Shown here: positions 1-13,080 of the stretch, piece after piece
Position numbering within the stretch: the first letter of the stretch is position 1
Layout of the letters: every line of letters begins with the position of its first letter
Assembly: GCA_024679065.1 (NCBI GenBank)
Contig: JAGIQG010000040.1
Location: 5,270,001-5,334,000, forward strand
DNA length: 64,000 nt
DNA from: Sphyrna mokarran
Taxonomy: Eukaryota
Direction of reading: 5' to 3'
Made by a program: the position numbers and the translations under genes
The notes under the pieces: model-generated
Databases searched by the model: none
Seen by the model: the letters and a program-made list of their open reading frames with translations, nothing else
What the model was told of the DNA's origin: nothing

Positions 1-511
1 CAATACGCACCTTTTAAATTTGTGCTTGGCCCTCTCTCCATTCACATTGCCTGTAGCTTTAAGACTTGATTATGTGTGAAGATCGCATTCCAACGATTAT
101 CTTGTAAATTGAGTTTGTGTTTGTGACTTGTTTCTCCACATCATATTTTGAAAGTCGCAGTCACTTCCGTGCGAAATTTCCGTGTTTTGTATACACTTTC
201 TCTGAAGCAGGAAAACTCTCGGATCAAATAAATCCAGAGAACAAGCCATGGTAAGAAGACTTCAGAACCTGATGGGCATTGAGTTGCTGAATACTTGACA
301 GGCACAGAAACTGGATCAAAAGACGATTGCTAAGCAAAAGAGATCAGATAGATGTAAGAAAATCAGCGAGCCCAACTGCGTTGAAATTAAGTAATTTGTC
401 AAATTCGTCAAATGTCCCTTTCCTCTTGTTGAGATTGTGTTCTGTACTGATGTTTAAGGAAGGCACATGTGATTCTCTCAGTGGAGAGTGAATCTGTTTA
501 TCGGTGTGAGA

Positions 512-544
512 GCTCCCTCTGGTGGCAGCTTACTGGAACTCCCA
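512..544 (-). promoter_or_regulatory. CTCF-like motif with upstream module
   Basis: GGGAGTTCC-6nt-CTGCCACCAGAGGGAGC. Confidence 0.6.
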
Positions 545-2126
545 GTCTGGGGTTTTGTCCGGGAATAGCTCGATCGCGACAGCAGTGGTCCAGAAAGACA
601 CAGCGTTGTCAGAGAGAAGAACCCCGGATTATTTAAAATAGCAGTTTCGTTTCCTTTGTGCAAACAGTAGAAAACCTGGCAAATCTTAAGATAAGTATCC
701 GCACTGCATTCTATTGAGAATAAAAGATCTGGATGTACCAGAACAGAGTTGGTTCACGGTAGGTTGTTGACTAACCACAGTCTGGTATTGTGCTCTGTCC
801 TTCCAGAATTGTTAATTCAGAAGGAGCCTGGGACAACGAATCATCGCTATTATTTCGTATAACACAAAGCCAGAGTGCTCCAAAAATCAGAAATTAAACA
901 CAACAATAACACACTGACTGCACGGAGACACAACACACAGCAAGAACATTACTATCAGTAAGGAACAAGGAGGATACATAGTAACTCATTTCGAGTTCGA
1001 CAGAAAATACAAGTTATCCTCGATGCGTTGATTCCTCCAAACTAATATAAAGTGTAACCCAGATCAGAAACTGGCTTCACTTACTCAGAAACTGAGGTCG
1101 CTTTCAGGAATACATCTGGCTGTTCTGTCAGTACCATTCGAAGTGGCGCACCAGTAAATGAGAGTCAGAGAATTATTTAGTCTGATTGTCTCTCTTTCTC
1201 TTTCTGACATCTTCAGGGTTCCTCTTTCTTCTGGCCTCTGCCTTTATCGTCCTGCCCTTCTTTTCGAACTGCCATGAAAGTGCAGAGTTTAGAAAATCTA
1301 ACTTGTCTGAGAATTTCATTTCAAAAATCCCCATAAAAATACTCTGTTAATAGTAACAAAAATATTTCCGCATTTCACAGGTAAGTTTGAAAATGAAAAG
1401 GTGAGAACAAAATGCTTAGTTTAGGGAAAAATGGGACAAAATATTTTCCCGCTGCATGCAGCACAGTAACAGTTTAACAGTTGCACTCTGCAAAGTTTCA
1501 TTCATTCTTTATGGCGTGCACATTGGATAAACAGAATTAACTGTCAAGAATTAATGCAAGGATAGCATTTATTCCTTCTTTATAGTTATCTGAAATTAAG
1601 CGTGAGTTATTCGGCATAATAATAATCAGTTGACATAATAATTCATCAATGTGAGAAAAATGTAATTCCTTGTTCGCGGTGGCAAAATGTTTTTACCAAA
1701 ATCATTTATTTTGCACGGATCAACGCAAACAGAGATTGGTTTCAATAGAAATAATTGGAAAATATTAATCTGTCAGGTTTTTTTGCCCACTAATTATATG
1801 TCGTCCAGGTGTCATGATCAATTTAATTTCCAAAGAGTTTGATACGTCAAAATGCAGCGACGTTCATCTACTACAAGTTTGAAAGGAGTTAACATCTGAA
1901 AAATACACTAAGTGGTACACATTTATCTCAAACTGCAAACTCCAGACAATGTCTCCCATGGGTAATGGGGATCAAAGTTCGCAGAGGGTGGGAGGCAAAT
2001 GCGCCACCCGATATCCTGCTGAAAATTTCTATCCCTGACAGTTTTGTTAAATATTCACACTTTAGCAACCGGGTCCCAGGTCCAGCCAGCGACTGACTGA
2101 ATTTCTCTGTGACAATGGCCAACGCT

Positions 2127-2158
2127 TGCAGTAAATGAAAGCCACCAGCAGATGGTGA
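2127..2158 (+). promoter_or_regulatory. CTCF-like motif with upstream module (paralog 46346-46377)
   Basis: TGCAGT begins 18 nt before CCAGCAGATGGTGA. Confidence 0.55.
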
Positions 2159-2679
2159 TATTGTATTATTTTAGTCACAAGAAAGTGAAACTCCCATTTC
2201 AACTCACAGCTGGAGTTTCTTAATATCAGCTTGACAGGAACAGTGCCGTTCCAACACTACCGCCACCAAAGGAAACTAGGAAAGTGCTATAACTGGGCAA
2301 GGTCGGTAAACTTATTTTTAAATGTTTTATTTTGGGGACATTTGTGGCGTCTTCTTCTCCAGTGACCCAGAGTGAGGCGGGATTGCTATTACTTTCACCC
2401 TGTGTGAGCTGACCATTATTTGCAGAGGTTCATGATCAAAAATATTATTCCAATAAATCTCCTACCCAAGGCCAGTTGTGTGTAGAGCAAGACTGCTTTG
2501 AGGTAAAGATACAAAAAAACCCTCATGTTTCAACTGTGATAAATGAGTTATACACATTGGCCCAGAAACGTGGGGGGGAATGTTCATTTTTCATTCTTGG
2601 GATATATTAACTTTGCATCAGAGAGTGAGATCTAGCTGAAGGTTAAGTGATTCATCCAGGGAAGCAGCATCTCGGGTAG

Positions 2680-4150
2680 ATTGGACTTGATATGTTATTG
2701 TCACGTATAATAGTATGCAGTGAAACGTATTGTTGCTTGGGCTGTACAGAGAAGGCATACTGTACATAAAGAAGGATAGGGACGAGTGCATAATGTAGTG
2801 TTGCAGTCATAGCTAAGGTTCGAGAAAGACCAACTTTGTGCTAAGTAGACCCATTTACAAGTCTGATGGCAGCAGGAAAGAAGTTGTTCTTTGTGTCGGT
2901 TAGTACGTGACCTCAGACTTTTGTATTTTTTTCCCGATGGAAGAAGATGGAAGAGAGTATGTCCGGGCTGCTTTGCCGAGGCAGCGGGAAGTATAGACAG
3001 AGTGAATGGATGGGAGGCTGGTTTGCATGATGGACTGGACTACATTCATGATTCTTTGTAGTTTCTTGCGGTCCTTAGTAGAGCAGGAGCCATACCAACT
3101 GTGATACAACTAAACAGAATAACCTCTATGGTGTATCTGTAAAAGTTGGTCAGCATCGTCGTTGACATGCCAAATGTCCTTAGACCTCTGAGACAGTAAA
3201 TGTTTGGTGGGCTGTCTTAACTATAGTGTCAGCAACAGGGTACCAAGGCAGGTTGTTGGTGACCTGGATACCTAAAAACTTGAAGCTCTCGACTCTTTCT
3301 ACCTCGTCCCCGTTGATGTAGACAGGGGCATGTTCTCCTCTACGCTTCTTGAAGTCGATGACAATCTCCTTCGTTTTGTTGACATTGAGAGAAAGATTAT
3401 TGTCGCCGCACCAGTTCACCAGATTCTCTATCTCATTCCTGTTCTCTGTCTCATCATTATTTGAGATCAGATCCACTGCGCGGTGGTATCATCAGCAAAC
3501 TGGAAAATCGAATTGGAAGGGAATTTGGCCACACAGTCATAGGTCTACAAGGAGCAACCCTGTGGGGCGCTGGTGTTGAAGATAATCGTGGAGGAGGTAT
3601 TGTTGCCTATCCTTACTGACTGCAGGTTAGGAAGTTCAGGATCAAGCCGCAGAGGGAGTAGCTGAGGCAGAGGTCACGGAATTTGGAGACGAGTTTCGTA
3701 GGAATCACAGTGTTGAAGGCTGAGCTGTAGGCAATAAATAGGAGTCTGATATAGGTATCTGTGTTACCTAAACCTTACAAGGTTGACTCCAGGGTCAGGG
3801 GTGATGATGTCTGCTGTGGACCTGTTGTGTTAGTAGAGGAACATTAGTGGATCCGGGCAGTCTGGGAGGCTGGAATTGATTCATGCCATGACTGGCCTTT
3901 CAAAGCACTTCTTAATGATGGATATCAGAGCCACTGGATAATCGTCATTAAGGCACGCTGCTTCGCTTTTCTTAGGTACTGGGATGCTGGTTGCCTTCTT
4001 GAAGCAGATAGAGACCTCAGATTGTTGTAAAGAGAGGTTGAAGTTGTCTGCGAATACCCCCGCCAACTGATCGTGCATGATCCAAGTGCTCGTCTGGATA
4101 CCCCATCCGGGCTAGTCACTTCCAGTGGGTTGAACTTAGAAGCAGCTGCT
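2680..4150 (-). mobile_element. Degenerate non-LTR retrotransposon (Rex1/Babar-like RT, 3' half)
   Basis: Broken ORFs DQLAGVFADNFNLSL..FKKATSIPVPKK and NNLSLNVNKTKEIVIDF..VERVESFKFLG. Confidence 0.8.
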
Positions 4151-5364
4151 TGAACACCTGCAAAGATGACCTCAGATATATGTTCATCCAAGGCTTCCAG
4201 GGTGGAGGGAACACATCGTTTCTGTAATGTAGTGATTATCTCATTTACCAAATGAAAGATTTCCGGTTGGAAAGCGGGTGGAAACATACTTTTAACCTCA
4301 GAGCGAGGAAAAGAGTAACTCACGTTTATTGTTGACTGTTAACTAAATATGCATCTTACACTGTGTTACATTTACCGTTCCCCTTCACAATTCTATACTC
4401 AACAAACCTGTTGTTCGCAGATCTGACAGTTCAAAAAGCTTCCCCAAACCTGCGCATTCCGGCTGATTGCTGCTGATTTGTGTCAGATTAAAGGCTTCGG
4501 CGGCACCACATCCATTAATAAGTCACTCGAAGGCACATTCAGACGGGGAAGCAAACCCAACAATGATTCACTTTTCCCCGGCTCCACAGTGAGTGAGACA
4601 GGGAGAAGCAGCAGGATTATATCCCACAGTCTCCAATCTCCCGCAGAAAGCGGCGACTGCGGCTTCAATCAGCGGGTTACTGCCCACCCATGGGACACAA
4701 GGTCCGACCCCGTTCAAACCTCCCCATACACCGAACACAAGCTCAGCAAAACGCAGATAGATTATATCCGGTTCACTGAACTTTCCAGCAGCATTTACAC
4801 AACACCGACTGAGTCACAAACACAATTCAGACCAACTTTCAAAACTTTTCAGTGGTAAATTCCTCCATTGAAAAGGTGAGCATTGTGTATCTGGAAATGA
4901 GCACCACAGTGACTTGTGACTCACGGTTAGTCTCAGCTTTGTAATTCTATTTGTGTTGCATGTTGAAGCGAATCTTATGTCAAAATGAGGAGAAAACAAG
5001 GGAAATATTAAATCTTTGAACAAATCCTAAGGGAAATAGATCACAATACTTGGAAGGAGATGCAGGTGTGAATAGTATTATTAATGATTGAGTGGAAAAT
5101 ATTGGATCGTTGGGCTACTGGTGGTCAGTTCCCATCCCTCCCGTTGAATTCCTCTCTGTGATAAGAAACATGGATTCGTCTTACCTGCACGTTCATAGGA
5201 GAAAGGGAATAACCAAAACACTACAGCAGTGCTGTGGGATCAACGGAACTAAAGAGACTTGTATAGAATCGGAAACAGTACAGCCATGCTGCAGTTCTGG
5301 AACAGGTTTTGCAGAAAGAGAGTTGACACACTAATTTAGAATATATTTAATGGCTAATGTCTCA

Positions 5365-5381
5365 GTCTCTGTGGCGCAATT

Positions 5382-5421
<40 letters not shown>

Positions 5422-5438
5422 GAGACTACCCAGGGACG
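5365..5438 (+). tRNA. trnN-GTT: tRNA-Asn(GTT)
   Basis: 74-nt cloverleaf matching the canonical vertebrate Asn tRNA; T4 run downstream. Confidence 0.92.
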
Positions 5439-6336
5439 GGATTTCACTATTTTCTTACCATCAGCATTCATAGGCAAACAAGTTGCGAATTGGCAATGGG
5501 TTTGTGGGCGTCAATAAAAAAATTCTGTCAATTGTTATCGGCTGTACTGTTATATGGTGCTACCAACATTATTTAATGACGATTGACTTCAAACATATTA
5601 CACATAACATTATATACATGCTTCCATTATACCATTAAACTTAAAAATTACAACCGAAACATGAACTTGTGGCTGAGCATTTGTTCTAATTCCATATACC
5701 TGCTTCCATTCATTCTGGATAGATCATAAACATGTCTAACCCAAACTGGAATGGTTTCAATATTGGAGCATTAGAACCTGCTGGCGTAGAGAATTCCGAA
5801 GATTCACCAGCCTTTCCTGCACTTACAAATTAGTAGAACCACAGCGAAATAGAACAGATTCATTTGCATCGTGTAGTACAATAAAAATGTCAACAGGAAA
5901 ACGGAGCACAGTTCACAGCAGAAGGACACGAAGCGAACCAACAACTTCCCCTAACGTAAAATGCACCAGATAAAGTTTCAGACACTCCTTGAACTCGGGG
6001 CTCCGGCTTTGCTACCAGAACAACACTTACTGTTTTTTTGTCTCCATTTTGCAGATTGAACCTGTGAAAGGACCAATTTTTAATTTATTCCTCATAAAGT
6101 ACCAAGTTTACATTTTGCTCCTTTCAACCCGCGCCCAGTATAGACATTGAAAATCAAGGAGATTGAAGCCATTGGTTGAATAAATTGGAAGATGATTGAA
6201 CGCCAACTGATGACGCTGTCGGCAATGAACGAATCAACGAAGTGGTGGGCGTTACTCACCCTCTTCTCAACTCTTGAATGAAGCAATTTCAGCTTCAGCC
6301 CATTGCTGTTAACTGTGCCAGGATCTCTCTGCAAAC

Positions 6337-7112
6337 ATGCCTCCCATTACTTCGTGTTTATTCCTCACAGCGGCTTCTCTGTTAATCGGTAAATTCACAA
6401 GTTGCACAAACCTGTGTTTCACATCTTTGTTACCCATTAAATTAGCACATAGGTAACAATAGGTTGATCACAGATTGTTAAGTTAACCAGATCCGCTTAG
6501 TCTCTACACGGCCTGTGGCAAACACTGGAGTTTAAAACCGATAGACAAGTTTTCGCTTTTTCTTTCAAATTACATGAAACACAGGCGGGGCGCTGATCCC
6601 AATAGACACTGCCACTGTGCGTTCATGTAAAGATTAGTATTCGATCCAAACACTTCTCAGTTCCAGATCCTGAGCTGTGGGAGCCATGTTTGACTTTAGT
6701 GACGCCGGTTTATTTATCGGGCTCTAATTCAGGGCAAGAAGCCAATTCTGTCCGATAAACATATTTCACTGACATAGTTTGATTTCATGTTATTTTTGAT
6801 TCTTACAGGACATTGTGGAGGAGATTCTGTTACACAGACACCGTCTGCAGTCACAGTGAGTGAAAGAGATGATGTTCAGTTGTTCTGTAACTTTACAACT
6901 ACTGACAGCAATCCGAACATATTCTGGTATCGTCAGTATCCCAGCGGATCCATGGAGTTTCTGTTTCGGAGAGATAGATACAGGAGGAACACAGAGAGAT
7001 TCCCGGAGGACCGGTTCTCTGCGGAGTTTGATTTTGTAAACAGCACCGTCCCGTTGAAAGTGTCTAAAACAGAGTTGACAGACTCCGGGGTGTATTACTG
7101 CGCACTGAGACC
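6337..7112 (+). CDS. TRAV: TCR alpha/delta V segment, family A (leader exon 6337-6388, V exon 6809-7112)
   Basis: Leader MPPITSCLFLTAASLLIG|gtaaat; acceptor ttacag; Ig-V motifs DSVTQ..LFC..WYRQ..DSGVYYCALRP; followed by RSS. Confidence 0.93.
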
Positions 7113-7151
7113 CACAGAGACACAGAGCTCGGCTGAACCTGTACAAAAACT
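7113..7151 (+). other. 23-RSS
   Basis: CACAGAG + 23 nt + ACAAAAACT. Confidence 0.93.
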
Positions 7152-7829
7152 CTCATAGCGCCACTCAATAATTTGGGCAATTGAGTGAATGATAGTAGTG
7201 TATTTATCTGACGCCTTTCTTGATGATCCACAATGTGTTTACATGCATGAGAAATTCCACAGCTCTTCTTCGAAATAATACCCTTATAATCTACAACTCC
7301 GATCTGAGAGGGTAGTCGATGCCCTTGATTAAACATCTCATCCGAAATCCGGCACCTCTCACATTTCATCTTTCTGCTCGGTTTGCACTGGCGCGTCTGT
7401 GTGCATGGTGAGACTGAGATTGTGAAAACATCTTTTTCACAGGCGATAGAGCGAACAACTGAACCTCCCCTTGCAAATGGTGTTCGAAGATTAACACCTG
7501 TCCTGTTAATTTTGAAATACTTGCGCCATTTTGATAATGAATATTTAATTTATATTTACACGTGCGGGTAGATTAGTGTAAACCTTTATGGGGGTGATCA
7601 GGTTACGAACTGAGGCTTAGATAGGAAGCAGCTTCTTGGTGTCTCAGTCACTGGCTCTCCTTGAACAGGCGGTCAGTTTCCATCAGATTCATACAATAGC
7701 TGACCAGATTTTTTTTTACAGAAATAATCCGATTGTCTGTGGAGAGAAACAATACTCATATTAAACTAGAATCATGGAAATCAAAGCTCACCCCGATAGA
7801 AACAGCTGGACCCTTGAATCAACTATTAT

Positions 7830-8250
7830 GCAAGAAACTACAAAAGATTGTCAACGTAACCCAATCGATCATGCAAACCAGCCTCCATTTCATTGACTCT
7901 GTCTACACTTCCAGCTGCCTTGGCAAAGCAACCAGCATAATTAAGGACTCTATGAATCCCGAACATTCTCTCTTCCACCTTCTTCCCGTCGGGAAAAAAA
8001 TACAAAATTCTGAGGTTGTGTACCAATCAACTCAAGAACAGCTTTTCCCTGCTGCCATCAGGCTTTTGAATTAACCTACCTTCCGTTAAGTGTATCTTTC
8101 TCCACACCTTAGATATGACTGTAAAACTATATTCGGCACTCTCTCGTTTCCTTCTCTATGAACGGTATGTTTTGTCTGTATAGCGCGCAAGAAACAATAT
8201 TTTTCACTGAATTTTAATACTTGCGACAATAATAAATCAAATCAAATTAA
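7830..8250 (+). mobile_element. 3' end of the same LINE family with (AAATC)n tail
   Basis: KKLQKIVNVTQSIMQTSL..; ends aataaatcaaatcaaatt. Confidence 0.75.
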
Positions 8251-8844
8251 ATGTTGCTCCGTAAGAGAGAGAAAAGTTTTAACTGATTTAACGCCCTTTA
8301 TGGACTCTGGGTATCCAAAAGTAATTTATACTCTATGGGAGTGGTTCTTTCCGGTAGCCCGTTTTACTGTTTGAAACATTATTTACACAGAGGACATTAC
8401 CGAACGGCCTCTTTCTGCACTGTAGGGATTATATGATTAATTTATTCTTCAGACGTTGTGGGTCTGTGCCAAAAGGATTTTTAACCATGACCCTCATCAT
8501 GGAGTGGAGATTTGCGAGTCCCATTATTTTCTGGATTTTTGAGTTTGTGACCAATCGTCCAGTCACCCACCCCCCTCTCTCTCACACACACATACAAGCA
8601 CACACACACAATCATACACACACACAAATACAGTTTTCTGATCAACTCTATTAATTAGAAACAGTGGGTGAATATTTTCATCAGATATACCTGTGGTGTT
8701 GGGCCGTGAAATACAATGGTTTAAATAATCACTTTCTAACTGTATTGTGCTATAACATTGACAACTTAGAAACATGGAAACCGGAAGCAGAAGTCGACCA
8801 TTCTGTCCTTCGACCCTGTTCCCTTATTCGTTTTGATCACGGCT

Positions 8845-9155
8845 GATCATAAAATCCACAGTGTAGAGGAGAGTTATTCGGCCTACCGAATCCACACTGA
8901 CCACAATCCGCCCCCCACCTCCCCACAGGCCCTATCGACATAATCCCATACATTTTACCTTAACTAGTTCCCCTAACTCTAAGGGGCAATTAAACTTGGC
9001 CAATCCACCTAACCCGCACATCTTTGGATTGAGGGAGGAAACCGGAGCATCCGGAGGAAACGGACGCAGACACGCAGAGTGTGACCCAAGCCGGAAATTG
9101 AATCGGAGTCTCTGGCGCTCTGAAACAGCAATGCTAACCAGTGTGTCACGACGCC
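8845..9155 (-). mobile_element. Shark HE1/V-SINE-like element
   Basis: tRNA-like head plus core GTTTCCTCCGGATGCTCCGGTTTCCTCCC..CCAAAGATGTG. Confidence 0.75.
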
Positions 9156-10113
9156 ATCAAAAACCCTGAACCCCCATCCCCAAAATCCCAAGATCCCTTT
9201 AGACATTAAGGGCTATATCTAATTTCTTCGTGGAAACAGGCAACGTTTCAGAAATAGAGAAAGCTAAAATTTACTTGCAGGTGCTTGTCCCATATATACT
9301 GTCGTTCACAGTGAAGCGTCAATCGCAAAATTATTTCCTGTAATTTACATCTGACACCTGTGAAAGCAGTAAACTGTAGTTTTATGCAGTTTTGTTCATA
9401 CATAACTTCCTGGAGAGCCACCTAGTAGAATATTCTCTTTAATTATATTTATTTTCGAATATTGCATCATGATGTTACTAAAATGTAATCATTCCACCTA
9501 ATAACGGACCTTATTGCTTTGATTTTATTATTCCTGCTGCTTTTACCTTTCTCGTTATTTTGTTTTTGTCAGGTTTACTACTTAATATTAATTCTGACAT
9601 TCTTTTCCCTCTTTAGTTGGCATTCCAAAGTAACTAACAGAGTACATATTACTGTATATAAATATAAGCACATATATTGTATATAAATGTAAGATTGACT
9701 TATATTGCTTAATTGACTTATACATCTACAACTGATGAGGTTGGATTTCTCGTTTCTCCCGTTTTCCCGAAAGTTCAGCGTGTTGAAAATCCAATATCTC
9801 CGGGGCTCCCTGCTTCAGAGCTTCAGGGACCTTGGCTCATTTCCGGTCTGTTAGCGTGGAGTTTGCATCTTCTCCCCGTGTCTGAGTGGGTTTCCTCCGG
9901 GTGCTCTTGTTTCCCTCCACAGTCTTTCAGCAGAATGATGGGATATTACACTAAACAAAGAAGATCGTCAGGGTTTAAAATAAAGATGGAATTAGTTCTC
10001 ATGTATACGTTCACTGCGGTAGAATAGTAAAAATATGTGCAAGAATAATATCACATAATCGTGCAGTGACATCCTTCAGAAAACTGAGAATTCGGTGATT
10101 TTCCCATAATTGG

Positions 10114-10144
10114 TGTGTTACCTCTGATCGCCACCAGATGGAGC
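10114..10144 (+). promoter_or_regulatory. CTCF-like motif
   Basis: TGTGTTACC-5nt-TCGCCACCAGATGGAGC. Confidence 0.6.
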
Positions 10145-11204
10145 TGTCTCACGATATTTATGTGTTTACTGCAGCGGGAACGGGAACAATAACGTTGTGG
10201 ATCTGCTGCTAGTCTAGTATTGCACAACCACAAGTGGACCCCGACAATCACCTTTTCTTATCAGTTGCTCCGTTAGGTTAAATTATTTTTATTTCTTCTC
10301 CTGGGATTTGTAATTCCATTTTGGTTATTGAGTTCCTCTCTGCTTTCTTTGTTTCTCTCACCGACTATCTCTCTGTTTCTCGTGCTCTCTTCGCTCCTCC
10401 ATCTGCAAATTGTCTGCATCTATTCTCCCCCCGTTTCCTCATCGTCTCTTCATCCAATTACCTTCCTGTCTCCATCTCTTCGTCTTGGCCCTGCCGACCC
10501 ACTATTCATCCGTCGCTTTCTCTCTCACTGCTATCAATTCCTTTCTTCTTGTCAATCTTCCGATTCTCAATCTGTTTTCCCTATCTATGACTCTATATCG
10601 AACATGATCTTTGCTTTTGATTCACTTATTCTCTTTTCATTTGTTTATCTTTATGTTGTTTTTCTCCGTGCTACGTGTCGAACAGCAAAACATTTTAGCT
10701 TTTGTATCATCGTACTTTTAATTTACAAAACATTTCGCAGGCACATCTTCACATTGTGTTCATGTATTCGATGTAAATTAGGCAGAGGGAACGTTTTCCG
10801 AGCTGCAACAGTTGCTTTCGGCTTCTTAATATTTTTGATTCATTTTAAAGCGGAACAAGCTGTCGATCGGTGTAGAAAATCGACGGTTCTACATAGACCA
10901 TGTTAAATTGACCCTATGTCAAGAGTTATGCAGGATAAATACACGGAGTTGTGGGAATGGGGCCTGAGTGGGATTGTGGCCAGTGCAAACTCGATGGGAC
11001 GAATGGTCTCCTTTTGTACTGTAGGGATTTTATGATTCGCAGCTAACGTCAGCTCAGGGAGATAAGCCAATCGCAGCACTGAGAAACGCCCCCCAGTTTG
11101 CTAATAATTGAAGCTGTCTTTGATCTGAGTTCACTCTGTGATATAAGACTAGAGGCAGCAACATATTTTAAACACTGTTGCTGCTTCCTCTCCTATCAGG
11201 AATC

Positions 11205-11639
11205 ATGTGTTCCCTGTGTGTTTTACTGATAATAACGGCCATGCTGCCCGGTGAGTCTGACCTCAAATCCTCAGTGTCTGTTTCAAGGGTTATATTTGCT
11301 CATAGATTTCTCACATATTCCACATTTTGTTGCAGGAATCAATGGCGAAGATTCAGTTTCCCAGCCGCCTGAATTAACGGTTCAGGAAGGATTGAACGTT
11401 ACAGTGAATTGTAATTACACAACAAAAGATGCTCTTCCAAATCTCTTCTGGTACATCCAGTATCCCGGGGAAGCTCCAAGATATTTAGTGAAGAGATATG
11501 GCACGAGTGGCGAAGGAAGGTCTCCAGATTTCCCTGACCGGTTTTCCGCTGATTTGGACAAGGACAAGAAAACAGTTCCTTTAAATATCACTGAGGTCCG
11601 TGTCTCTGACTCTGCCGTGTATCACTGTGCGCTGAACCC
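11205..11639 (+). CDS. TRAV: TCR alpha/delta V segment, family B (leader 11205-11250, V exon 11336-11639)
   Basis: MCSLCVLLIITAMLPG|gtgagt; 85-nt intron; VNCNY..WYIQ..DSAVYHCALNP. Confidence 0.93.
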
Positions 11640-11678
11640 CACACTGTTACAGAGGCACATGCAGCCCGTACAAAAACC
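11640..11678 (+). other. 23-RSS
   Basis: CACACTG + 23 nt + ACAAAAACC. Confidence 0.93.
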
Positions 11679-11830
11679 TACACAGGAACTGCCACCTCCT
11701 CTCACTGAATCAGATCTGTGATCTAGATTGTGAACTGTTAATATAAGCAAAACCATGGCATAAACCAAGAGTTCGCCCAAATGCTCTCTTTCCATTGTGC
11801 TCAATGTGTCATTCTATATAAATTCTAATT

Positions 11831-11902
11831 TCCCAGGACCCGGCTGAATCAATGGTCCAGGAAGGATTGAACTTTATAGTGAATTGTAATTACACAACAA
11901 AA
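11831..11902 (+). pseudogene. Family B V-exon 5' fragment
   Basis: Encodes SQDPAESMVQEGLNFIVNCNYTTK, near copy of FR1 of the 11336 exon; no leader or RSS. Confidence 0.7.
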
Positions 11903-11941
11903 AAACGCATGTCCGCTATTCCCTTCGTCACTCCGCAGCAG

Positions 11942-12473
11942 TGTTTTTGTACGAGGCTCTGGTTCCTTTCGCAATGTAATTCACCGCGCTGTCCGATAGC
12001 TCACAGGTGGTGAAATTTCCCTCATTTTTCGAAGTGCTCATAGATGCAAAAAAAAACCGATTCCCGTGCCTTCTGCTCTGCAATCATCTCTGTAGTTAGG
12101 GATGGAAGTCAAGAATTTGGCGGCTTTATCCCGGTACGGCGATGTAGCTGTGAAGAAAATGCACTGTGTGTGGTCGATTAGCTGAAGTCAATGGATATCG
12201 ATTCTCTTCATCGCTATAAGTGGACCCTGGAAGACAGAAACTGCACCAATCACATCTAAAAACATAGAAGTACAAACTTAACGTTTTATCATCACTTTGT
12301 TGGGAAAAAATGTGATCAGGGTAACTAATTACATTACAAATAGAGAAAAAACAATTAAAAGGGAAGATTTTTATCTCAGTATCTCGAGCAATGCTGTGGA
12401 TTTTGCAATTTTGGAATTTACCAGTTAAGGAAGTTGCAGCTATGATGAATGTATAAAAACTAACAGAAAGCAT
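11942..12473 (-). pseudogene. Degraded TCR V pseudogene
   Basis: Leader MLSVSFYTFIIAATSLTG|gtaaat (12422-12473); acceptor at 12227; broken V remnants (..KAAKFLTS.., ..ELSDSAVNY..); nonamer ACAAAAACA 11942-11950, heptamer lost. Confidence 0.72.
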
Positions 12474-13041
12474 TCTCGCAGAGCTGGTGCTGGATCTGAA
12501 CTCAGTGAGTTAAAACTGTTTTAGTTCAGAAAATGCTGAGTAATACCCGGCCTCACTGGCGATTGGTTCATTCCAGACAGAGCCAGCAGGAGACACCCAA
12601 TCAGCTGACGGCTTCTTTGTCCTACATTTCATCCAATCAGCTCACAGTGTCTTTGTTCTCCAATGCATGGAGGAGCAGGAGCCATTTGAATCTGTTCTCA
12701 GAACAATGAACTGGACTCGAAGAAGCTACACGACCAAATGAAGGTCTCGCTCTCTTTGACGAAGTGAGGGCATGAAAACAAATGTTGGTCATTTTCAGGA
12801 ATTAATCTTAGAGATAGAACGCAGATGGATTTTGGGTTAACGTTGTGATAATAGTGGCAGAGTTTTCTATTCCACGATTTGCTCCAAACAGCTATAAAAA
12901 TGGAATTTATATTGAATTTATGTACCATGGAAAAATAGCATTCGGGCTAACTCTTCGTTATACTATTGTTTGTTTTTATTAACAGTTCACAATCTAGGTC
13001 ACAGATCTGATTCAGTGAGAGGAGGTGAGAGTCCCTGCGCA

Positions 13042-13080
13042 GGTTTTTGTACGGGCTGAATGTGCTTCTGTAACAGTGTG
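13042..13080 (-). other. 23-RSS
   Basis: CACACTG + 23 nt + ACAAAAACC on minus strand. Confidence 0.93.

Noticed and set aside
4586-4625. CACAGTG as an orphan RSS (also 48453, 53342)
   Set aside because: No nonamer at 12 or 23 nt spacing
6686-6740. Possible second, proximal leader for V 6809
   Set aside because: ATG frame hits a stop and the donor would be GC; the 6337 leader matches the paralog at 39673
7113-7158. ORF extensions through the RSS and upstream into introns in the ORF track
   Set aside because: Germline V exons end at the heptamer and begin at splice acceptors; the extensions and antisense ORFs are artefacts
10280-10906. 192-aa ORF and overlapping ORFs
   Set aside because: Pyrimidine-rich low-complexity DNA with no domain or splice support
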